Shown: positions 1 to 7,159 of the stretch, in pieces
Position numbering within the stretch: position 1 is the first letter of the stretch
Layout: every line of letters begins with the position of its first letter
NCBI GenBank assembly: GCA_003509045.1
Contig: DODI01000617.1
Span: 1-29,603 of the forward strand
Origin: Planctomycetota bacterium
GTDB lineage: Bacteria > Planctomycetota > UBA8108
Direction of reading: 5' to 3'
DNA length: 29,603 nt
Translations under genes and position numbers: made by a program
The notes under the pieces: generated by a model
Told to the model about the DNA's origin: nothing
What the model saw: only the letters and a program-made list of their open reading frames with translations
Database searches by the model: none

Positions 1-1918
1 CCTGCCGCAGGGCCAGGCCGGGGACAGGAATCAGGTTCTCATCAAGGCGGTAGGGTTTGAGGTCATCTGCGCCTCTCTTTGCCGGCAGGATCAGGGAAGC
101 CAGGCCAGTGGCTATTCCCGGCAGCGCCAGGAAGATGAGGCTGGCGACGAGGTTGTAGAAGGTGTGGGTCATGGCAATGTGGAACCCGACGTTTTCCTGC
201 AGGGGGTGAAAGAGGCTGCCGGGAGTGACCTGATCAATGAACCAGAGCAGCAGAGATGTGCCATCCCGGGGCATCAATGAGAGGACGGAAAACAGGATCG
301 TTGTCAGGAGGTGAATCACCAGGATGCAGATGCCCAGGCGGCAGGTGTCGCGATTCTTGAAGAAAGACCGAAAGAGGCTGCTCAGTCCCGAGCCCAGGTT
401 GGCTCCGAGGATCAGCGGCACCATTGAGAGGGGGGCGAGGATTCCTCGCGAGGCCAGGAGCACCGCGATGATGACCACCAGGTTCGAGGTGCGAAGAACC
501 AGGCCGATTCCAGCTCCAGCCAGAAGAAGATAGGTGAAGTTTCCGGCCATGACCGCCCAGGGCTGCTGAAAGGACAGCGAGGCCGGGAGCACATCTGATT
601 TGAACCTGGAGCTCATCTCGAGCTGCTCAATACCTGAGCCGAGCAGGCTCCAGCTTGCCAGCGCCAGGGCGGCGCCGAGAAAGATCCTGCTCCAGTGAGC
701 CAGGCCGAACGAGCGCGGCAGAACGACCAGCAGGAGGCCGAGGCCTGCCAGGGGCGCGATGAGGAAATCGATCCGCAAGGCGAGTATCTGGGGGAGGGCT
801 GTCGCGCCCAGCAGGGCTCCAAGAAGGAGCCCCATGGCTCCCTGGGATTTCAGGAGGCCTCCGTTTACGAAGCTCATCAGGTGGGAGGTTACGGCCGAGT
901 GGGATTGGAAGGTGATCCCGGCAAGAATTCCGCCGAGATAGCCAAGGATTCGGTTCTTCGCCATGCGGCCCGTGGCATGGTGCAGGTGAGGGCCGAGGAC
1001 AATCAGGAAACCGTTGGCGAGAAATCTTACGCCGAGCAGGAAGAAGATCAGGCCAACCGAGATCTCGACAGCGATCCGCAGCCAGTCGATCGCCATGACG
1101 GTGAAGATGATTCCCCTGATGGGGGGGTCGTCTTCGCGTCCTTCAATTTCCGCGAGTACGCGATAGGTTCCTGCGCGATCGCCGAGTGTAAGATCTGTTC
1201 CTTTGCGAACACCGTCTTTGCCGGTTTTGGCGCGCCTGTTGTTCAGGCTCGCCGGCTCGCCGCGAACCGGAGGTTCTCCCGCGATTCTCATATGGACAAT
1301 GCGTCCCTCGAGAGGCACCAGTTCTCCGGTGTCCTGGCGGGCCTGCAATCGCAGGGCGATGGGGATCTCCGAGCCTACAGCGGCCTCGATATTGTCAGCC
1401 AGCTTCTCCACACCGCTGACCACCCGGAACTGTTCGTCCAGATCCTTTCGGCCCTGCCTGGGGATGGAGGCTTCTATTCGCCAGTCGCCGTTCTTATTAC
1501 CAAGTCGTATTCGCACGCTGGCGGTTCCGGACGCATCGGTCTTGACCTCGACATTGTCGAGGCGTTCCGCCGTCTCTTTCTCCCCATCCAGGATGAAAGA
1601 TGGTGAATCTTCTGATGGGCCATTCCCGGATTTGGAGTCTTCGGCGAGACCCTCGAGACGAAAACGGAAGGTGACCGATTGGTTTTTCAGCGGCCGTCTT
1701 CGGCCCCTTCGCCCGAGGAAATCCCGGCTGCTCTGGCCAAGCACACGAACGACCAGGGGTTTGGGAAGAATCTCCCCCGGGAGAGCGCATTGGTGGTTTC
1801 CCGAGAGGGATTCAATGAGCGCGGGGCGGTCATCTGTGGGCGGTTTGTAGCATCCGGTAATGGTACAAAGACAGACCGTCAACGCCAGGATGACTGCATT
1901 ATTAGTCAATAAGCGCAT
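1..1918 (-). CDS. Na/Pi-cotransporter (NptA/SLC34-like) family protein with N-terminal lipoprotein signal and two Big_1-like Ig domains; 3'-truncated at the window edge (start of PhoU-like region)
   Basis: Manual translation, absent from the ORF track because it has no stop in the window. An open frame runs from ATG 1918 to base 1: MRLLTNNAVILALTVCLCTITGC... (lipobox ITGC), then about 250 aa of beta-type sequence. From M275 (nt 1096) there is a polytopic region, including VGLIFFLLGVRFLANGF, FQSHSAVTSHLMSFVNGGLL, LILGANLGSG and HIAMTHTFYNLV. It ends in LDENLIPVPGLALRQ, which resembles the linker into the PhoU domain of this family. Confidence 0.85.
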   Translation of the reverse strand, partial: MRLLTNNAVILALTVCLCTITGCYKPPTDDRPALIESLSGNHQCALPGEILPKPLVVRVLGQSSRDFLGRRGRRRPLKNQSVTFRFRLEGLAEDSKSGNGPSEDSPSFILDGEKETAERLDNVEVKTDASGTASVRIRLGNKNGDWRIEASIPRQGRKDLDEQFRVVSGVEKLADNIEAAVGSEIPIALRLQARQDTGELVPLEGRIVHMRIAGEPPVRGEPASLNNRRAKTGKDGVRKGTDLTLGDRAGTYRVLAEIEGREDDPPIRGIIFTVMAIDWLRIAVEISVGLIFFLLGVRFLANGFLIVLGPHLHHATGRMAKNRILGYLGGILAGITFQSHSAVTSHLMSFVNGGLLKSQGAMGLLLGALLGATALPQILALRIDFLIAPLAGLGLLLVVLPRSFGLAHWSRIFLGAALALASWSLLGSGIEQLEMSSRFKSDVLPASLSFQQPWAVMAGNFTYLLLAGAGIGLVLRTSNLVVIIAVLLASRGILAPLSMVPLILGANLGSGLSSLFRSFFKNRDTCRLGICILVIHLLTTILFSVLSLMPRDGTSLLLWFIDQVTPGSLFHPLQENVGFHIAMTHTFYNLVASLIFLALPGIATGLASLILPAKRGADDLKPYRLDENLIPVPGLALRQ

Positions 1919-1961
1919 AGATCTTCGCCTTGGTTTGCCAAATATGAAGTTAGCCTGCACA

Positions 1962-1991
1962 CTTTCACAGGATCTTCACGATAAGTTAACT
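1962..1991 (+). promoter_or_regulatory. Pho-box-like / OmpR-family operator: three direct repeats at 11-bp period
   Basis: TTCAC (1964-68), TTCAC (1975-79) and TTAAC (1986-90) are exactly 11 bp apart, in the divergent intergenic region between the Na/Pi gene and ppx. Confidence 0.5.
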
Positions 1992-2086
1992 GGATAGATT
2001 CTGCCCCCAATTGTTGAATTCGGAAATACACGGAACCATCTGAAGTAGAACCGGGAAATGCGGTAAGAATCTGCCGTATCGGATCC

Positions 2087-2992
2087 ATGAAAAATTATAC
2101 CGGAACGTCTGCTAAAAACGCTTATCTCGAGTTCGGCTCGACCTCGATCAAGCTCTATATCGTACCTTCTGTCTCAGAAGGAGGAGATGGGGTAGAGAGA
2201 GAGCGCAAGGTACCCTGGAGCCTCGGCTACGATGTCTTCAGCTATGGCCGCATCAGTCCACGGACGATGGCGCATTGCGTCTCTACCCTGAAAGAGCTGC
2301 GTGAAGAGTTCTCCGGAATATCTTTCGAAGATGTTACCGCGGTTGGTACGGCGGCCCTGCGGGAGGCGCAGAACGCCGAAATTTTCAGGCGTCTACTCGA
2401 AAACGAGCTCGGGTTGCGGATCCAGGTGATCGAGGGGGGTATCGAGGCTTTCCTGCTGGAGACAGGCTTCAGGAGCATGGTTGAAAAATTCCCAACAGCT
2501 CTCTTCGATCTTGGCGGCGGCAGCAACGAGATTATCGAATATCTCAATCCGGCCTCTACCCGAAAGACAAGTATCCCTGTAGGGGCGATCAGGCTCCACT
2601 GCCAGCTGCGAAGGGCGAGGACGCTCTACAATTACGTAGAGCAGGGACGGGTGATTGTTGAGAGAGAGATGCGGGAGCACATAGCTGGAAGTATGCCCCG
2701 GTATCCGGAGATGCTCGGCACCGGTGGAACAGTCAGGGCTATCGTGAAGAGCCTCGGTAGAGAATCCTTCACCATCGAGGATCTCCAGGGGCTCATCCAG
2801 CGAGAGATTCATGGAGATGTCTGGACCAATATGCCGCGCCACCGCCGCCTGCTGTTTCTCCCCGGGATCCTTTCTGTCGAGGCGCTCTTTATGACCATGG
2901 GGGTGCGAACCATCACCTATCGCAAGGCCTCCGTGAAAGAGGGACTCATCTCCTTTACCAGCATGCTGCCGGCGATGGGGCGGCCCTCTTAG
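2087..2992 (+). CDS. Ppx/GppA family phosphatase (short form, no HD domain)
   Basis: ASKHA motifs LEFGSTSIKL, VGTAALREAQN, IEGGIEAFL (catalytic Glu), FDLGGGSNE, SIPVGAIRL, GTGGTVR and SVKEG. Confidence 0.85.
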   Translation: MKNYTGTSAKNAYLEFGSTSIKLYIVPSVSEGGDGVERERKVPWSLGYDVFSYGRISPRTMAHCVSTLKELREEFSGISFEDVTAVGTAALREAQNAEIFRRLLENELGLRIQVIEGGIEAFLLETGFRSMVEKFPTALFDLGGGSNEIIEYLNPASTRKTSIPVGAIRLHCQLRRARTLYNYVEQGRVIVEREMREHIAGSMPRYPEMLGTGGTVRAIVKSLGRESFTIEDLQGLIQREIHGDVWTNMPRHRRLLFLPGILSVEALFMTMGVRTITYRKASVKEGLISFTSMLPAMGRPS

Positions 2993-3408
2993 GCGCCTGC
3001 CCGGCCCGGCTCCAGCAATTCGAGGGCCCTGGCGAGCAGTTCGCGAACAGGCTCCTTGCGGAGGAGCTCTGATGCCTCCTCGAAACCGCACCAGCGTCTT
3101 GTACGGCAATCGCGCTCCTTCCAGGTTTCCTCTGCTTCGTAGCTCAGCAGGAACATCTGTACCGAACAGGGCTGCTTGCGTCTGCGGTCAGGATAGCTGC
3201 CAACGGCTTCGCCAATGATCGCGCCGCTGATTCCAGCCTCCTCGGCGCACTCTTTCAGGGCTGTTTCTTCCGGGCTCTCTTTATTTCCGATGACACCCTT
3301 TGGGAAGATCCAGTTTCCCTTTCGCGAGGTGATGATGAGGAATTCCCAGCCGGCAGGACCCTGGCGGAAGGGGATGGCGCCCGCCTGCTTGAGTGGCTTC
3401 GTGTTCAT
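2989..3408 (-). CDS. NUDIX hydrolase, DIPP/Ap6A-hydrolase-like
   Basis: QAGAIPFR...FLIITSRKGNWIFPKG followed by the Nudix box GVIGNKESPEETALKECAEEAGI. Its stop codon overlaps the ppx stop. Confidence 0.88.
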   Translation of the reverse strand: MNTKPLKQAGAIPFRQGPAGWEFLIITSRKGNWIFPKGVIGNKESPEETALKECAEEAGISGAIIGEAVGSYPDRRRKQPCSVQMFLLSYEAEETWKERDCRTRRWCGFEEASELLRKEPVRELLARALELLEPGRAGA

Positions 3409-3464
3409 CAGTTTGTATAGCCTGCGCAGGTTTTCACCCGGTGGAAGCGGGAGACGCGAAAAGG

Positions 3465-3510
3465 AAAAAAAACACCCTGCGATTCCGGATGTACCGAAGT
3501 TGCAGGGCGT
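3465..3510 (-). terminator. Rho-independent terminator of the TRASH/YHS gene
   Basis: On the minus strand, the stem ACGCCCUGC/GCAGGGUGU (with inner UUCGG/CCGGA helix) is followed by a U run (A-tract 3465-3472 on +). It lies about 45 nt after the stop at 3557. Confidence 0.75.
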
Positions 3511-3556
3511 TTGCCACCGGGGTGGCTGCCTGGTTGAGGCAAGTGGTCAACCAGTT

Positions 3557-4168
3557 TTACTTCTTGGCAAAGTTCGCCTTGGCGTATTTAGCTTTGCAGT
3601 TGTTGCAGCAGAAGTACTTCGCTTCGCGCTTGGTGTGTACCACCTGCGTGGCAGCGTTGGCCGCTTTACCGCTGATCGGGCATTTGCCTGTGTCAGCCTT
3701 GGCGGCGAGCTTGGCGGAATGCTTTTTCTTGCAGTTACCACAGCAGAAAAAGGTCTTCGTGCCGTTGACGTTCACGAACTGGTCGGCCGTGGCGGCTTTT
3801 CCAGATATGGGGCAGAGCTTCGCCTTACCGGCCTTGGCGCTGAACTTGTTGGCCTTGGCGTATTTGCCGGCGCAATTCTTACAGCAGAAGCTGACAAGCT
3901 GCGAGGTCTCGTGGATTAACTGGGTACCCTTCTTCGAGGCCTTGCCGCTGTACTGGCACTTTCCAGGTCCCGCATCGGCAATCGTCTTGCTGTAGCTCTT
4001 CTTGCAATTATTGCAACAGAAACCGACAGCATTGCCGTTAACTTCGATCGAGATCTTGGGGTTGGCAGCGTTGCCGCTGATGGGGCATTTGGCGGTTTTC
4101 TCAGCCGTAGCCACGCCACCGTAAATCAGTAGTAAAGCAACGGGGATAATCGCTAATTTCTTTTTCAT
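3557..4168 (-). CDS. Secreted Lys/Ala-rich protein with four TRASH/YHS-like Cys repeats (putative metal-binding)
   Basis: Start chosen at MKKKLAII (ATG 4168, with GAGGCAGGA SD-like sequence upstream). Signal peptide ...GGVATA|EK, then four C-(P/Q)-x-S-G...F-C-C-x-N-C motifs. Confidence 0.85.
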   Translation of the reverse strand: MKKKLAIIPVALLLIYGGVATAEKTAKCPISGNAANPKISIEVNGNAVGFCCNNCKKSYSKTIADAGPGKCQYSGKASKKGTQLIHETSQLVSFCCKNCAGKYAKANKFSAKAGKAKLCPISGKAATADQFVNVNGTKTFFCCGNCKKKHSAKLAAKADTGKCPISGKAANAATQVVHTKREAKYFCCNNCKAKYAKANFAKK

Positions 4169-4204
4169 TTCCTGCCTCTTTGTATTTTCCACAGAACCTC
4201 CTCA

Positions 4205-4234
4205 ACTTTAATGGTTTACTCGGCTCTAAGTTAA
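4205..4234 (-). promoter_or_regulatory. Candidate sigma70-type promoter for the TRASH/YHS gene
   Basis: Minus strand TTAACT-18 bp-TAAAGT, about 37 nt upstream of ATG 4168. Confidence 0.35.
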
Positions 4235-4344
4235 GGATTTAGACCAACCTGCGCAAGAAGTAATAGGGGCGGTCGAATAGGAATGAGCTTCCGGAAACAA
4301 GGGGCTAAGCGAGTGAATCCAGGCAGGAAGGTCCAATGTGGGCT

Positions 4345-4372
4345 GTAAGTCACTTAATTACAAGCCACTTAG
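4345..4372. other. 28-bp imperfect palindrome (11-6-11), putative protein-binding site
   Basis: GTAAGTCACTT-AATTAC-AAGCCACTTAG: TAAGT/ACTTA and CTT/AAG are symmetric around a 6-bp spacer. Confidence 0.4.
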
Positions 4373-4475
4373 GCACAGTTATCCCGGTGACGAGCGCTGA
4401 TCGGAGCGAGGAGCCGGCTGGAGAAAAAAGACCTGCCCAATAGAATCCATCCCGGTACTTTAGAGCCGGTCACTT

Positions 4476-6473
4476 TCATTTTCCGGACGTGATGTCATCC
4501 TCTTCATCGAGGTTCTCGGCGAGGTCCTTGAGAAACCCGTTCAATGTGGGGAGCAGGTCAGAGATCGTCAGGTCGATGGCGAGAGCATCCTTTTCTTCCC
4601 GGGTTGAAAGCACCGCGCTCTTCATGTTCTTTAGAGCGAGAATCGGGACACTTTTTTGGAGAACTGACAAGGCGCTGAAGATCGGCTTCGGCCGCAGGTA
4701 GAACACCTTTGATGCTTCCGCTGCCGGCAGGGGTAACCTGTTCCTGCCTTCCACGCTGCGGCTGCGTACGGCAGCCTTCAGGATGGCCGGAGACAGTGCG
4801 ACGATAAACTGGTCCTTGATCCTGATATAGCCGGGACGTATTCCAGGGAGTGGCTGGAGGAAGTGATGGGTCGGGCTGCCTTGCTTTTTCTCCAGCGGTT
4901 CTCGGAGGAAAGAGAGGCTCTCTGATGCTCCCGGCAGGCTGGAGGAGTATTTTTCAATGGCATCTCGAAGGGCCTTTTCTCCAGCTGCCGGATCCTTGAA
5001 CTGGAGCGCGACAAAGTAGAGGGGGCGGTAGATTTGAAGGGCGGAGAGGTTGCCCAGTTCCTTTACCGACGACGAGATCTTGAGTAGAGCGGCGTTCGGG
5101 TAGGAGCCGATGACGACAGAGCGGATCTGGTCAATCAGCAGGCTGAAGGGTTTTTTTTGCAGCAGCCAGGCCATCGCAGCCCGGAGGTTTTTATTCAGGG
5201 GGCTGATCTGGGAGCCCGGGAGCTCTTCGAATCCGGTGATGATATCCGAAAGCTTTTTTCTCAGATCCTTTGAGGAGAATGCGAAGAAGCCGAGGGATTC
5301 TGAAGGTATGGACCTGATGAGCTCCGGGTCAATCGGGTCTGTCGCCAGGCGGCCAAGGAGATCATCCTTCGCAAGGGGGTTTCTCGCCGTCCACATGGTC
5401 GCGTGTAGTGTGTCGGTGTCGGGGACTGTCGAGATGGCCAGAGAAACCGGGCCGATTTCGGCGAGGTTAAAGGCGTTGGCTGTTTCCTTGAAGCCTAGGC
5501 CCGCTGAAAATGGGTAGCCTCCATCGATGAAGAAAAACATCAGGGAGTCTTTTTTTTTCGACCAGGCGTTTACGAAATCAGAATTGGTGGCCAGCGACAT
5601 GGAACGGGCCGAGCGGCGCTTGACGGCCTCTTCAACCAGTTGCCGGGGTCGTCCCAGGACCACCACTTTTTCCCCAGCCGCGAGAAAGTAGTTCTCATCG
5701 ACCTCCTCAACCTCGTAGAGCGGCATATCTTGTATGAAGCCGACGACCCGCGCCTTTTTTTTTGCCAGGGACAGGATCGAGGTAATGTAGCCCGAGAGCG
5801 CGTCGCTTTTTCCGGCTGAAAGCACCGCGAGGTAATCTTTTTCAGGGTCGCCCTTCGCCGGCACTCCAAGCGCGACACCTCCCATTTTTGAGAGCTCTCT
5901 GAACATGGCCTTGCTGAGGAAGGCGGAGATCCATCCGGTGGAACCTGTGCCGGGTATCTGGGCTGGGCCATCTTCCTGGGCCTCTACCGCAAGGGTCCTT
6001 GATGAATCGACAGAGTTCTCAAACGGCGTTCCCCGGATCGAGCTGGAGAGGCGGATGAGCTCGTTTCCGGGTTTTACCATCTCCGCGTAGAAGAGCATCT
6101 TTTCCGGCATATAGCTGGCAGGGGTGTCCCAGAGGCGGCTTGAGAGGTACTCTCGCGCCACCTCGGCGAGCTCCGACTGGCCCGGGTAGCGGGCGAGAAG
6201 CTCGAGGAATTTTCTCCGGGCAGGTTCGTCCTGGCCCAGGGCATCAAGGCAGGTGGCCTCGCCGAGGAGGGTGCGGGCTATGGTCTGCGCGGGCAGTCCG
6301 GTTTTTCGGATGCCCCGATAGAGTCGAAGGGCTTCGCGCGGGTTCCCGTCGATCGATTCAAGGTAGGCCGCCTTCTCAAGGAGCACCTCGGCTTCGGCGG
6401 CATCATCAAGAGCCAGCAGTGAGCCGGTGAGCAGCAGGAGGAAGAAGGTGATGGGGATGCGCGCGAGTCTCAT
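4476..6473 (-). CDS. Secreted protein with N-terminal TPR-like helices and a large DUF3352-like alpha/beta region
   Basis: 665-aa ORF with signal peptide (MRLARIPITFFLLLLTGSLLA). TPR-like segments LLEKAAYLESIDGNPREALRLYRGI and LLGEATCLDALGQDEPARRKFLELLARYP. The start overlaps the regulator stop (ATGA). The DUF3352 likeness is an impression only. Confidence 0.7.
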   Translation of the reverse strand: MRLARIPITFFLLLLTGSLLALDDAAEAEVLLEKAAYLESIDGNPREALRLYRGIRKTGLPAQTIARTLLGEATCLDALGQDEPARRKFLELLARYPGQSELAEVAREYLSSRLWDTPASYMPEKMLFYAEMVKPGNELIRLSSSIRGTPFENSVDSSRTLAVEAQEDGPAQIPGTGSTGWISAFLSKAMFRELSKMGGVALGVPAKGDPEKDYLAVLSAGKSDALSGYITSILSLAKKKARVVGFIQDMPLYEVEEVDENYFLAAGEKVVVLGRPRQLVEEAVKRRSARSMSLATNSDFVNAWSKKKDSLMFFFIDGGYPFSAGLGFKETANAFNLAEIGPVSLAISTVPDTDTLHATMWTARNPLAKDDLLGRLATDPIDPELIRSIPSESLGFFAFSSKDLRKKLSDIITGFEELPGSQISPLNKNLRAAMAWLLQKKPFSLLIDQIRSVVIGSYPNAALLKISSSVKELGNLSALQIYRPLYFVALQFKDPAAGEKALRDAIEKYSSSLPGASESLSFLREPLEKKQGSPTHHFLQPLPGIRPGYIRIKDQFIVALSPAILKAAVRSRSVEGRNRLPLPAAEASKVFYLRPKPIFSALSVLQKSVPILALKNMKSAVLSTREEKDALAIDLTISDLLPTLNGFLKDLAENLDEEDDITSGK

Positions 6474-7159
6474 TTGATCAGCTTGTAGCCGAAGCCATGG
6501 ACAGTGATGATATGCCTGGGGACCTTGGGGTCGTCCTCGATCTTGCGCCGGAGACTGACGATGTGATTGTCGACGCTGCGGTTCAGGGGCTCGTTTTCGA
6601 GCCCCCAGATCTCACTGAGCAGGTGCTGGCGGTCGATGACCGACCCAGGTTCCTCTGAGAGTATTTCCAGGATCTGTGTTTCATAGTGTCCCAGGGGGAC
6701 ATCTTTACCGTCGATCTGCAGGAGGGATCTGTCGAGAAGGATCGTCGCCTTTCCAACGGTGAGCTTCTTTCTCTTCTTCGGCTGCACGATGGGCTCGAAT
6801 CGTCTCAGGGCAGCCCTGATTCTTGCCATGAGTTCCTTGAGATCGAAGGGCTTGGTGATGTAGTCGTCCGCTCCCAGGTCGAGCCCCTTGACCTTGTCGA
6901 CCTCGGTGCTGAGCGCGGTGAGCATGAGGATGGGGGCGCGGATGCCGTTCTTCCTGATAGCGTGGCAGGTCTCGAAACCATCTATGCCCGGCAGCATGAT
7001 GTCCAGCAGGATACAGTGGGGTTGTCCCTTTACCGCGAGGTCGAGTCCATCTTCTCCAGTGTGGGCGATGGCCACCTCGTAGCCTTCAAATTCAAGGTTG
7101 TCCCTCAGGCCCATGGCTAGGTCGGGTTCATCTTCGATCACCAGGATCTTAGCGGTCAT
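6470..7159 (-). CDS. OmpR/PhoB-family response regulator
   Basis: KILVIEDE, LLDIMLPG (phosphoacceptor Asp), GADDYITKPF, and winged-helix RSVDNHIVSLRRKIE...TVHGFGYKL. Confidence 0.95.
   Translation of the reverse strand: MTAKILVIEDEPDLAMGLRDNLEFEGYEVAIAHTGEDGLDLAVKGQPHCILLDIMLPGIDGFETCHAIRKNGIRAPILMLTALSTEVDKVKGLDLGADDYITKPFDLKELMARIRAALRRFEPIVQPKKRKKLTVGKATILLDRSLLQIDGKDVPLGHYETQILEILSEEPGSVIDRQHLLSEIWGLENEPLNRSVDNHIVSLRRKIEDDPKVPRHIITVHGFGYKLIK

Noticed and set aside
695-1850. Long + strand ORFs (695-1606, 1203-1850)
   Set aside because: Antisense shadows of the minus-strand Na/Pi-family gene; no recognisable motifs.
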